In this document: piece by piece, positions 25,671 to 36,870 of the stretch
Layout of the letters: every line of letters starts with the position of its first letter
Position numbering within the stretch: position 1 is the first letter of the stretch
Source: Cladosporium halotolerans
Taxonomy: Eukaryota
Direction: 5' to 3'
Assembly: GCF_011745625.1 (NCBI RefSeq)
Contig: NW_027191466.1
Coordinates: 1 to 64,000 of the forward strand
Length of the DNA: 64,000 bases
Made by a program: the position numbers and the translations under genes
The notes under the pieces: model-generated
Told to the model about the DNA's origin: nothing
What the model saw: the letters and a program-made list of their open reading frames with translations, nothing else
The model's database searches: none

Positions 25671-25996
25671 AATATGAAGTCTTCTCATGAGCGCTATGAA
25701 CTATTGGTAAAATAGCTGCGCGCGAAGGGCTACTTACAATTTCCGAGCTTTGAAGCTCGAGTGCGCCTGAACGCCGACGCTCTGTGATCTTAGCTCAAAG
25801 GCGTCTTGCTGCGGTTATTGTGCGTCTCCATTTCCTGGCCATCTTACGTGCCCACGTGAAATCCACGTGACGGCCTCTTCATCTTCGTGACGGCCGTCCC
25901 TTTTGATGCCTCATACGGCGTCCTTTATGTCATGCAGTATTGAAACGTGCCTCGGTGGACGCTCAAGCCAATTTGAATCCCATTCTCACGAATCCT

Positions 25997-26368
25997 CTAC
26001 TCCAGCGCTTGAATAAGCGCCACGTTGTCTCCCTTCAGCAGAATCTGGCCTGTCGCGCCAAGTCAGTCAAACACCCAGTATCATACGTCAGGTCACGTCT
26101 CCACAATGTACATACCCACATGTCTCCTCCCCCCGTCCGGCGCATCCTGCGGATTGGGCTCCTGTTTTGTGGCCTGCTTGACTTCCACAGCATCATCGAC
26201 GACCAGATTCATGAACTCGTCGAAGCCACGGATCTTGCCCTCGATGCGCATGCCCACCTGCTCGTACAGCCAGATCTGTACCATTGTGTGCTGCTGCAAG
26301 AGCTTGAAGATGAAGTTGATCGGCGGCAGGAGCACCTTGTTGCGCCCGCCTCCTTGGCGGTTGGACAT
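25997..26368 (-). CDS. SME1: Small nuclear ribonucleoprotein Sm E, 2 exons
   Basis: PPINFIFKLLQ...IWLYEQ...IEGKIRGFDEFMNLVVDDAVEV, second exon GQILLKGDNVALIQALE*. Confidence 0.95.
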
Positions 26369-26803
26369 GGTTGTTGGTTGGAAGTGTCGGTGGTCGGGAG
26401 GCAGGGAGATAAGGTCGGGACGCAGTTCGAGTGCTTTGCAGCTTTTGTGTGCTCGATGACGGTCGCCGCTCAGTAATTTTATCGGTGATTTGAATGCGGT
26501 GGTGGAGTTGTCGCGGGAGTCCTGGCAGGGCTGTTCGTCTGTCGCGCCTTATGCGCCTGAGCTCGCGATCAGAAGTTCGACTTCAGTCGCGCCAAGATCT
26601 ACGGGCGGAACAACCCCCGCTCTCGCTTGAACTCGCGCATCGCTTTCTCAGGTCTCGCGTTGCCCACCCGCGCACAGCGACGAGACAAGGTGAACATAAT
26701 CAGTTTGTCATACATCTTGGGTGGCCCGTTGAGGCGAACTACTGTCTCCGATTGCGTATTGCGGCTAATCAGCCAAGATGCCGGTGGACTGCACATCAGC
26801 CCA

Positions 26804-28126
26804 TCATGCCAGACCAGCGTAAGTGCTGCAGAGAACGCCCTCCTTCCAGACACCCCTCAGGTTGAGCGCGTCGTCAATATCCTCCAAAGGGTTACCCTCT
26901 ACCAGCAAAAGATCTGCCCTCAATCCCTCCTTGATCTGCCCTCTATCGGGGAAATTGAAGCGCTTCGCATTCAAATACGTCGCAGCTCTCAAAGCCTCTG
27001 CAGGCGAGAAGCCACAGTGCTTGACAAAGAGGTAGAGCTCGTGGTGCACACTCAGACCCCAGGCGGTGCCGACCGCGGGTCCTGCGGCGTCTGATCCACT
27101 GGGAATTCAGGTCAGCTCTGGCCCGATTACCTTCCACGACGACGAAGGATTTCGTAAACACTCACATTACAATGTCGACACCAGCAGCCTTCAGCTGCCG
27201 CACGGCCTCATAGGCATACTCCACGCTTGCCCCTCCTTCTTTGGCCATGGCCATGCACGCGCACACCCGGTGCCTCGCCTCTTCTGGCAACAGGTGCTGG
27301 ACCCTGGGATCGTGGGCGAACTTCTCCTGCGTATCCTTACCCTCTGTCGTAAGAGATCCCAGCGCAGCGAGGGTTGGGTTAAGGTGCGCGCTATTCTTCC
27401 TGTAAGCGTCGATGACACTTTGATCAATCGGCTGGTCGCAAAATTGATGCGTCAGCCCATCAACACCAGCCTCTAAGATCTCGAGCGTATCCTTCTTCGT
27501 CAGCGCATGAGCGACGGCAATCAGCCCATTCGCGTGGGCTTCCGCAATCAGCGCCTTCTGCAGCTCGATAGAAGGCATGTTGAAGCCGCCTCCCATGAGC
27601 CCGCCGCTTTCGTGCATGAGCTTGATGTAATCTACGCCCTCCTCCATTCGATTTGCAAGGTAGCCCTTCGCATCCTCTGGCTTCTCCAGCTTCGGCCAGA
27701 GCGCCAGTTCCTCCTTAACATGCGGGTTCGTACTATGCGCCAGCACAACCGGCATCGGCCAGCCCATTTCAACGGTTGCGGCGAAGCTCGTCGTCTTAAG
27801 ATCCGCGCAATCACCTTGCTCGGCGATCTGCTTGCGCAAGGTGACAATATTCGGGTACTCGTTGTGCATGTCACAGACGGTAGTGACACCGAACCTCAGG
27901 CTCTGAGGCAGGGCGGTTGGATTGGCACTGTCGCAGTGCACATGGCAGTCTATCAAGCCTGGCAGGAGTGTATGGCCGGGCTTAGAGATAGTGGGGATGT
28001 CCGGAATGGACAGGCTAGGGTCTGAAGAAATTTGTTTAATCTTCCCATCTTCGATGAGGACGGCGCCAGTTCCAAAGATGCTCTGGCCGTCGAAGATGCG
28101 GACGTTGGTGAGGAGGAGGAGTTCAT
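26804..28126 (-). CDS. Metal-dependent amidohydrolase (amidohydrolase_1 family), with an apparent 1-nt frameshift near the start
   Basis: LLTNVRIFDG, TLLPGLIDCHVH, YIKLMHE, VAHA, GLTH, GSD and GQIKEGLRADLLLVEGNP. One intron near 27100-27165. No in-frame ATG upstream of LLTNVRIF. Confidence 0.8.
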
Positions 28127-29027
28127 ATTCATTGACTCTATGTCTGCGCTTTATTCAAGTAGTGATGAATGTGTTGGTGCAATTGACGGAAACTAATTAT
28201 CCTCTCGCAACCATAATCTTGTGTCAAACGATATCTGAGCAAAGATGGGCGAAGTTTATATGAGGGGTCGGAAATGGGCTAGAAGATGGGCTGCCGGCCT
28301 TGAGTCGAGCTGACCTCGTAGCTCCGGGCTGAATGATGACAACGAGCTAAAGGCTGCTCACATTATTGACGCAAGTCAGCTCTAGGCATTCACGAAGCGG
28401 TTGTGGGCGTGCACGTCGTAATATCTCCTCGATCCGGTGAGAGCCAGGTGGAGCCGGAATCGGAGGGATTGCAACGGACCCCACTGCGGAGATCCTGTGT
28501 TGCGCATGCCGAAAGAAGATCTTGGTATCGCCACCTACGCCTTTCTGGATTTTGATATAGAGAGCCAAATTGTCACTTGTGATCTGAAGCTACGATGTCT
28601 TGCTTGTCACTCGATCATGAAGTTTTCCGGGCTTGGAATCACAGTCCCAGTCTCTTTGGAGGCTTATTTCGTTGAGCTTATTTCGGAGATGCTTTTGGAA
28701 CTCCTGCATAACCGGACCGGCGGTCAACACACCGAGGCGATCATGCCCCACCTTTCATTGACCACATAATATAAGTATCTCGCACGGCCAGACTGTGTAA
28801 CGAAGTCGACGGTGCCCGGCCGATACATGTGTTGTCGGGGCTAGACCAATTCTTTCAAGGCAACCAGTCTATCCACTTGCAAGACGACGCGGGCATAGAA
28901 GCTGAAACGCGGTCTCATCATCAGCGGCTACACTCTTTCAGCATTGGCATAAAGACATATCCGAACAATTGACTGGGTCAAGGTCTGGCAAGCTCGGCGG
29001 TAGGACCTATCCACTTCGTTCATCACA

Positions 29028-30062
29028 ATGGCGGTCGACGAGCCCGGGAAGATAGACGTGCACGTCCATTTCCTCCCTCCATCCTACCGACAAGCATGCC
29101 TCGAGCATGGCCACGCGAACCCAGATGGAATGCCATACCTCCCTGAGTGGAGCGAGGAAGCGCATTTGCAGCTCATGGAAAAGAACGGCATCCAAAAGTC
29201 CATTCTCTCCATCTCAACGCCAGGCACTCATCTTGTCTACAACGACTCGGCACTCGCCGCAAAAGTCACTCGCGAATGCAACTCCTACGCCGCAGATCTG
29301 AAGAAGCGCATGCCAGACCGGTTCGGCTACTGGGCCAGCCTTCCCATCCCTGACGTTGAGCTTTGCCTCAAAGAGATCACTCAATCTGCCGACGAAGGCT
29401 GTGACGGTTATGTGCTCCTCACGAACGGACATGGCCACTACCTTGGGGACCCCATTCTCGAGCCCATCTTCGCCGAGCTTAACGAACGCAAAGCGACGAT
29501 CTTCATCCATCCGACAACACCATGCATCAAATGCGACCCGGCTCTCGCAGAGAGGACGCACGCATCCACGGTGCAGCCGACGCAAGCGACGCCACTCGCG
29601 GCCAAGTTCCCCAACCCGATGCTAGAGTTTCTCTTCGACACCGCGCGCGTAGTGAGCAACATGTTCCTCAGCGGAACGATAAAGCGCTGCCCTGATCTCA
29701 AAATTATCCTTCCGCATCTTGCCGGTGCCAGCCCGCCACTGCTGTCTCGGTGGACGGGGTTCAGCACGCTGGTGCCGGGAGCTTTCGAGCCATGTCCTGA
29801 AGCCGAGGCGAAGGAGGCGCTGAACCGCCAATTTTGGTTCGATCTTGCTGGATTTCCGTTCCCTGGGCAGATTATTGGGCTATTGCAGGGAGCCGGAATC
29901 AGCCATGAGAGATTGATGTATGGCAGTGATTTTCCTTTCACGAAAGCGGAGGGGGTGGAATACTTGCGCGGTAAAATGGATGAGGGGATGAAGGGAATGT
30001 TTCAGGAGGATGAGATCAAGGACATGTATTACCGGAACGCGGAGAGGTTACTTCGGCTTTGA
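29028..30062 (+). CDS. Amidohydrolase_2 family aromatic-acid decarboxylase-like protein (6-MSA decarboxylase/ACMSD-like)
   Basis: IDVHVHFLP, SILSISTPG, RECNSYAA, IFIHPT, FLFDTAR, IILPHLAG and LMYGSDFPF. Intronless. Confidence 0.88.
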   Translation: MAVDEPGKIDVHVHFLPPSYRQACLEHGHANPDGMPYLPEWSEEAHLQLMEKNGIQKSILSISTPGTHLVYNDSALAAKVTRECNSYAADLKKRMPDRFGYWASLPIPDVELCLKEITQSADEGCDGYVLLTNGHGHYLGDPILEPIFAELNERKATIFIHPTTPCIKCDPALAERTHASTVQPTQATPLAAKFPNPMLEFLFDTARVVSNMFLSGTIKRCPDLKIILPHLAGASPPLLSRWTGFSTLVPGAFEPCPEAEAKEALNRQFWFDLAGFPFPGQIIGLLQGAGISHERLMYGSDFPFTKAEGVEYLRGKMDEGMKGMFQEDEIKDMYYRNAERLLRL

Positions 30063-30153
30063 GATGAGGTTTTTCAGGCAGTCATCATTCAGGTATTTCT
30101 ACGCAAGCCTTCAGTCTTACGAGCAACCGAGCGATCTCAGGGAATTCATACCC

Positions 30154-31428
30154 TCAAAGCCTTGCCAACTCACGGTCCACGTTCTCCAGCCCTTCTAGTA
30201 CATCTTGCTTATTGAGCCACAACAGAAAGTCCGGAGAGCCGTACGGGGCATTCCCGTCTTGCTTTGAAGCCGTCGGTGTCCTTCCCAGAGGTTGCAATTG
30301 GATCTGTGCATTTCGGCTTCTTACGTGCTCAGTATCCTTAGATGCCCAAGACCTGCCGTATGCAGCCGCTAAGCCTTGCACCTTTTCCGCTCGAGGCCGT
30401 CTAGCCTTCTCATATAACCTCATCAGTCGAGGCAATTGTCTTACAGAAGCTTGCCTACCCAGTATTTTCGCGAGTACAGCAGCGTCTTCAATGACCATCG
30501 CTGTGCCTTGGCCTGCGAAAGGTGTCATGGCATGGCACGCATCTCCAACCAGCACAACATTGCCCTTGGCGTTGGACCAAGAAGGAAGCCCAAAAATCTC
30601 GATAAACCTCCACTTGAAAGCACTCGACGCAATGTCGAGCGCTTTCCGATGAGCGGGAGACTGGTCGCTCCACCGTTGTCGCAACCAGACAAGATCGTAG
30701 ATACGCTCTGTGGGTTGGCTCGAGTTTGGGTCTTGTTCGAGAGTATACTCGTGGTCGATGAATTGCATGTGGAAGACGCCGTCCGCAGGCGCAGGCGAGG
30801 CGAAAATGCTGCGCCCAGGCGCGATTGTCATGGTGTTGTTCGGACCGCTTATTACGTCTCGCAATAGAGCGTCATTCCCCACCGTCTCCAAGGGCAGTGC
30901 GACTTGGAAGCACGCCATGCTCCTCATGATGGGTTTATAATCGGGAAACAAAGCCTGACGGACTTTCGATCCCGAGCCGTCTGCGCCGATGATGATATCG
31001 CCGAGCGCGCGAGAGCCGTCTGCGAAAATGACAGTGGAGGTACCGGGCTCGATAGCTTGGACGACGCAATTCTCATGGATTTGCACTCCCCTGCTCACAG
31101 CGACGTCGCGGAATAGGCTCTTGTAAGCCTGGCGAGAGGCGTAGTACGTAGGACCTTGATGATGCAGTTGGCCAATCGTAGAGCCATTCTGGTCTCGCAT
31201 GTCAACGCCGACGTTGTCGTGGGCGATCTTTTTGACCGCATCCAGCATTCCCCATTTCATAAGTATGTGGTTGATGTTTGTCTGGAGTTGAATGCCGCTA
31301 CCGGTCTCTTCAAAGTTAGATGCATCTCGGCGTTCGTAGATACGAACTTGATGGCCTTGAGCCAGTAGACCGATGCCAGTAGCAAGACCGGCGATGCCGG
31401 AGCCGACTATGATTATGTCTAGAGGCAT
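30154..31428 (-). CDS. FAD-dependent monooxygenase (group A, salicylate-hydroxylase-like)
   Basis: IIIVGSGIAGL, IIGADGSGS and VVLVGDACHAMTPFAGQG. Ends in ARL. Intronless. Confidence 0.92.
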   Translation of the reverse strand: MPLDIIIVGSGIAGLATGIGLLAQGHQVRIYERRDASNFEETGSGIQLQTNINHILMKWGMLDAVKKIAHDNVGVDMRDQNGSTIGQLHHQGPTYYASRQAYKSLFRDVAVSRGVQIHENCVVQAIEPGTSTVIFADGSRALGDIIIGADGSGSKVRQALFPDYKPIMRSMACFQVALPLETVGNDALLRDVISGPNNTMTIAPGRSIFASPAPADGVFHMQFIDHEYTLEQDPNSSQPTERIYDLVWLRQRWSDQSPAHRKALDIASSAFKWRFIEIFGLPSWSNAKGNVVLVGDACHAMTPFAGQGTAMVIEDAAVLAKILGRQASVRQLPRLMRLYEKARRPRAEKVQGLAAAYGRSWASKDTEHVRSRNAQIQLQPLGRTPTASKQDGNAPYGSPDFLLWLNKQDVLEGLENVDRELARL

Positions 31429-32762
31429 GTCTTCGGGAATGGTGAGAACTTTAGAGTCGCTAAGTAGATCTGACGGTCCTGCAAAGGAGAGATCCGACGA
31501 GTCGAACGGACAAAACAGTGCGATGATACGTTGTAGCTCCTTTGCTCGGGTGCCGGATGCGAAGATAAATATTGCTTCACCTCCGTCCGTCCTGATTCCA
31601 GCCACTCACGGTCTGGGAATACTAGCAAGATTCTGACGAAGTATCAGCAAAGGCAGAAGGCGTACTTACAGTTCTGGCGAATCGCTTGTGAAGGTTTTTC
31701 CTAAGCGTCCCATCTTCCGTCGTTCCTTCGCCCTGGCTGCGCAAGACTTAACAAAAGCAGCAAGCCGGAGGAGCAGCTGTAGGAGCTTATTATTGCGGTC
31801 CGCTGAGGTAAGGTTATGATGGCGTAAAAGCTTAACGACGCTTGAAGTCCTCACAGATACTGCCAGTGAGCTCCTTCAGCTGCTTCAGCAATCATTGTAT
31901 ACACGGCATACCTAGCCTGAAATAGTTCGCCTTGCGCTGTGCTTCGAAGCATAATTTACCGGAAGACGGCCCCTGAGCTTCCGTAGGAGCGTTATCTGGT
32001 CATCAGCCTGGATCACTAAGCTCAATGAAATCAGCGTGTCCAGAGTCGCAGAAGCGGAGTTTCGCGCAAAAAGGAATCGAAGAGTCTGGATACTCAGGTG
32101 CTGCATCCTTCTGTCTCACAGGCCAAGCAATTTGATCACCGCTCGTCCAAAATTCAGAGACCCATGTAGTATGCTAGTAGAGGCATTCCCTCTAGGTATT
32201 TCTATTCTCTAGAGAGATGACGCAAACATGTATTACTCGATTGTTTTCGAGTGTTGAGACCGAGATTCTTCCTGAGAGTCTAAACGTGATCATCATGTTT
32301 AGGTAGAACGCGTCCTCGTCGTCCAAAGCCAACAGCTTTCGGATGCCTATAGTACCACTCGTTGCCGGCATGCGGTGGGCTGGCAAGGCTCGGGCCGCGC
32401 CGCGTAGAGCCACCGAGATCTCAGGACTAGGGAGCAGGAAGGCCGAAAAGGCATCTCAACGGCGGTGAGATCCGCCAGTCTTGTGGGTGGGAGGCCTTAT
32501 CCTACTATCAAGTCAAATGGAATGCGTCCAGGCTCTTGGAAACGGATTTGAGGTTCACTGCGAGTGCCGTCAAGAGCGCTGAGCGACACGTTTGTTCTCT
32601 CCCGCAGCCATCCGCCGAAAGGCGCGAGAGTCTTCGTCTACTCTTCGGCATCAATCTACTCAGAGCGGCATTACTTCTGCACAACATTGGCATTGTGCAT
32701 CTCTTCTTTCCGTGAGATCCATCCAATGGTACAACTGTGATCGACAAGTCTCATAAGGTGCG

Positions 32763-33956
32763 ATGAGTTCGACAAACACGAAGCGAGTAGCACACAAAAA
32801 ATCCAGGAAAGGTTGCGGTCAGTGTAAAAAGCGCCGCGTCAAATGCGACGAGATCCGCCCGAAATGCTCTGGTTGTGACCGTCTGGATCTCCAATGTGAC
32901 TTTGGTCACACCAAAGTCAGCGGCAGCCCTCCGTCCACAGCAGGAATCAGCCCTCCAAACCAACCGATTGCTCCTGGGCTCTGGACAACGACCGACATGC
33001 AACTTCTACATCATTACATGAATTGCAGCTGTGTCGGACTGGCCGCTGACTCACACCGCGCCAGGGTCTGGGCAACACAAGTGCCCGAGATTGCTTTTCA
33101 GAACGCCTACCTGCTCCACCAGCTTCTCGCCGTCGCTGCTTTGCACGTGATGACGGACAGTCAAAGTGAGTCCGGCTTATTGTCAATCGCTGCTCGCCAC
33201 CGTGAGCTTGCTCTAGAGGGTGTTGCTCCAGTAATGGCAGATTGGACGCCAGGCTCAAGTGTGAGCTTGTTTGCCTTCGCCGGTCTCGCAGCTATCTACA
33301 GTTACGCAGAGGTATCTCTACAGGCGAGCCCAAGTGTAAAGGAAGACGTTCTCAGGTCTTTGACTTCATGCCTCCGGCTATCTCAAGGAATCAGCACCAT
33401 ATTGAAAGCCCACAGCGAAGAGATACAAGCCGCTTGGACTTCCGAAATGCTGAAGTTCAATGCAGAGCCCTTAATATCGCAGCTACGAGACTCTGGCCTC
33501 AACTTTCGTCAGCTCGACAACCTAGAAGACCTAATAAGGTCTCGTATAGACCGCGCTGATTTCGTCAGCGTATACCTGTTTGCGGCGCGCAGGTGTCTAG
33601 ACACTATTGCCTTACTCCTCCGCGACGAGGACTTGGAAGACGAAATCTCCTATCTCATCATGTCATGGCCGAACGAGATTGATGAGTTACTGATAGAACA
33701 ACTTGAGCGAAAGGAGCCTGTTGCAATGGTGATCATTGCACATTTTGCAGTGCTCATGAGCATGCAGTCGAAGTACTGGTGGTTCCGTACTATGCCTGGC
33801 CTGATTTTGAGAGAGCTGGAAAGGTGTCTCCCAGTAGAGCTCATTCCGTATCTGACGTGGCCTAAGCAGATGCTAGATAAGACGACAACTCCGGATCCGG
33901 AGACTTTCCGACCTACTACATGGGGGTTGAGGACGGAAGAGATAACTGCTGGATGA
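32763..33956 (+). CDS. Zn(II)2Cys6 transcription factor (Upc2-like architecture)
   Basis: HKKSRKGCGQCKKRRVKCDEIRPKCSGCDRLDLQC, DMQLLHHY, YLLHQLLAVAALH, WP...P.A..I.AHFAVL...WW. Confidence 0.92.
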   Translation: MSSTNTKRVAHKKSRKGCGQCKKRRVKCDEIRPKCSGCDRLDLQCDFGHTKVSGSPPSTAGISPPNQPIAPGLWTTTDMQLLHHYMNCSCVGLAADSHRARVWATQVPEIAFQNAYLLHQLLAVAALHVMTDSQSESGLLSIAARHRELALEGVAPVMADWTPGSSVSLFAFAGLAAIYSYAEVSLQASPSVKEDVLRSLTSCLRLSQGISTILKAHSEEIQAAWTSEMLKFNAEPLISQLRDSGLNFRQLDNLEDLIRSRIDRADFVSVYLFAARRCLDTIALLLRDEDLEDEISYLIMSWPNEIDELLIEQLERKEPVAMVIIAHFAVLMSMQSKYWWFRTMPGLILRELERCLPVELIPYLTWPKQMLDKTTTPDPETFRPTTWGLRTEEITAG

Positions 33957-34632
33957 CAGTCAGAAGTATCTGCGTTCTGGTCCGTAAACCCTTACCATGT
34001 GCTCTTGCGCCATGCCATTTCGAAACGAAGCAATGGCCATAGCATCCAAATATCTGGATCTTTACTCCCACAGGAGGAGTGAAGCTTCTCCGAGAACGGC
34101 CACCCCAGCAAGACCCATCTGGACATCCCAGCTTGGGCAGCTTCTCGTTGCTTTTCCAGTGTGATAAGCTGTTCTAATACGTCGATCTCTTTTCGGCATC
34201 CAGGGAATCTTTCCGAGGCTGCGCTCGGGGTATAATGAGTGTTGTTTCGACCATCTGTTCACTCTTTCGATACCGCCTTAGCAGCGAAGTGTGCTCTATT
34301 TCATGTGGTCATTTCTCTTGCGCCGATGCATGTACCCCAAGAACGAAACCACGGAAACGGGAAGCGCCAAGATAAGCATCGTTGTGCACTGGATCCTTCA
34401 TGGAGAAACAATGTTGAGGCATTGGCTCCCTGGCGAGAGGCCTAAGGTGGTTATGGGCAAGAACGGGAACTTCAATTGGGAGTCATAACGTCACTTTGCT
34501 CTAGGTACTGCGTGACGGCGGAGAAGAGTAGTTGCAGATGATAATATTGAGAAGAACGAGATGGTTAGAGAGTCGTTTCTTATGACATTCGATGACAGCG
34601 GAGGCTCGCCGGTTGAGCAAGCGTGACTATAC

Positions 34633-36015
34633 TCAGTACAAGTTCTCCACAAGTTGCTTCACCTGCTCGTACAGGTCTCCGCTCTCCTTGCCTGTGGCAG
34701 TCTTGGTGATGGTGTGGACTTGGTCTTTCCCAACTCCCTTCTCAGACAAAGTCGTCTTCAACCCCAAAGACTCCACAAGGGCGAGTATCGCATCGCCAAC
34801 AGCGACCGCATCTTTTTTATCATCGCCGGACCTCGCGACACCGGCGAAAGGGGCCATTCTAGCAATCTGCTCAGCATCCTCGCTCGAATTCTGGGCCTTG
34901 AGCTTGACCACATGGCCGAGAGTCATGCACGAAGTGATGCCATGCGGGATATGGTAAGGAGACCCAAGGGCGTAGCCTAGGACATGGCTCAAGCCAAGGC
35001 CGCCTTTGAGATTCAGCCCAAGGAAGCCCAATGATGCAAAGGACGCAAGCTGCAGACGGGTAATCACGTCTTCGTCTTTGGGATTCTCTTTGTATTTGGG
35101 CAGGCATTTGAACAGGTCACCTGCAGCGTTCAGAGCCATCAATCGACATGGCATTTCCGTCGAGGACGGGTAGTACATCAGCTCCATAGCGTGATCCATT
35201 GCCCGCAGGCCGGTGCTCATCAGAAGCCACGGCGGTGTCTCGAGCGCGAATTTCGAGTCGTAGATGACTGCTTGCGGTGCCAATTTGGCATTGGCCACGC
35301 CGACTTTGAGCCCGCTTTTGTCCGTGTAGCCTGCAATGATGGTGCATTCTGCGGCGCTGAGGGTGGTAGGGATGGTGATGTGGTAGAGGAATTTGCCGGT
35401 ATGCTCGTTCACTCGGTAGGAGATGGCCTTAGCGGAGTCGATGGGCGAGCCCCCACCAACGGAAATGATTGTGTCGATACTGCCATCCTTTTTCACCAGC
35501 TCCGTGGCTTCGTCTAGCTGTTCCACTGGGGCATGTTGCCCAATCTTGCTAAATGTGCCCGCGTGCTTGTTTCCCAAAAGCTCTTCCACTTGTTTGATTA
35601 GGGGCGTCTTCGTTGCGAGTGAATTTCCGGTGATGAGAAACGCCTTGCTACTGTCTTTCGGTAGGCACTCGAGAAGGTGCTTCTTGACACTATCAGGCCC
35701 ATAACATAGGCGTTCGAGGTGGGTGGGTCTCCAAAGCCCTGCGAGAGGGTGTTGCGAGGAATCTGTCATCTTCGATTTGTGTCGGGCTTGCTGGAAGAGT
35801 GTGGGTGTGACTGACCGACAGAGACGAGATTGTCGAACGAAACCATCTTGGATCGCGATTCTCCTAGCTGTGGATGTGCAATGGGCGCGGGTTTGGGCGG
35901 AAGAGGAATGATGATGTGTAATCCAGGTGTTTGTTGCGCGCAGCTTACCCCGCCTGGGCACCTGCAGAGCAGCTGTCCGAAGACACGCCTTTGGGGCAGC
36001 GTTTGGAGGAGACAT
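34633..36015 (-). CDS. Iron-containing alcohol dehydrogenase family, maleylacetate-reductase-like
   Basis: SVGGGSPIDSAKA, IPTTLSAAE, RAMDHAME, GLSHVLGYALG and IPHGITS. The core starts at ATG 35769, with an in-frame upstream ATG at 36015. Confidence 0.88.
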   Translation of the reverse strand: MSPPNAAPKACLRTAALQVPRRGKLRATNTWITHHHSSSAQTRAHCTSTARRIAIQDGFVRQSRLCRSVTPTLFQQARHKSKMTDSSQHPLAGLWRPTHLERLCYGPDSVKKHLLECLPKDSSKAFLITGNSLATKTPLIKQVEELLGNKHAGTFSKIGQHAPVEQLDEATELVKKDGSIDTIISVGGGSPIDSAKAISYRVNEHTGKFLYHITIPTTLSAAECTIIAGYTDKSGLKVGVANAKLAPQAVIYDSKFALETPPWLLMSTGLRAMDHAMELMYYPSSTEMPCRLMALNAAGDLFKCLPKYKENPKDEDVITRLQLASFASLGFLGLNLKGGLGLSHVLGYALGSPYHIPHGITSCMTLGHVVKLKAQNSSEDAEQIARMAPFAGVARSGDDKKDAVAVGDAILALVESLGLKTTLSEKGVGKDQVHTITKTATGKESGDLYEQVKQLVENLY

Positions 36016-36870
36016 GCTGCGCGTGGCTCAAAATCAGCTGTATCTCCGTCGATGGTTCCGTTCAATGCATTTCGTTTTAACCCTGGCACTACAATTCTCC
36101 TTTAAGTTGACATCAACCCTACGCATTTCCATACGAAGGCGAGGAGTGGAAGCCGAGGCAGAGCTGTCAAGGGTCTGTGTCGTCATCCTCTTTGGGAGTA
36201 GAAATTCGTCTCTCTATGGCTGCTCACTGCAGTCGGTCGGGAGTCGCGTCTAACTATCGATCAGGGCATTGTGGGCGATATAAACAGTATAAGTCTCAAG
36301 CACAAAATCGAAAAGTTTGATCATGGGACCTCAAAAAGGTGTGCCCGAGAGCGTTGTACGCCATTATGTATATCACGCGCCCTGCTGTCGAACACCAGCA
36401 TTCAAACCCACTCCTTCGAAGATGCATTTCTCTTACTTGCGAGTACGACCCCGGCAGCTTGGAAGGTTGGAAGGTGAAAGTGTTTCAATTTCTGGGTTTT
36501 GCTTCCAATCTTACACTGCAATTATATGCTTTGTTGGGGGATCCATTAAAAACGACCATGCCTTGATTCCTATGGTTTTCCGCGATCGATCCAAGATATC
36601 GATGTTGTACTCTCGATGGATGAGCCGATCTATCCATCTTCAACAATCTCGATCAACCTTTGGGAGACATGAGTTGCACTCGATCGAAGATTTGTGAAGT
36701 CAATGAATCAGTCGATCACTTGATCAATTGGGCGCCAATGTGTGCCTCCCAATCTATCACATTGGCACTTGAGCAACGTGCAACATTCAAATGAATTTCG
36801 CTTGTCAAAGATTGCGGTTTATAAAAAAAATTGCTCCTACATCCCGTTGCCACGCGCAGTATGTCAGGGT

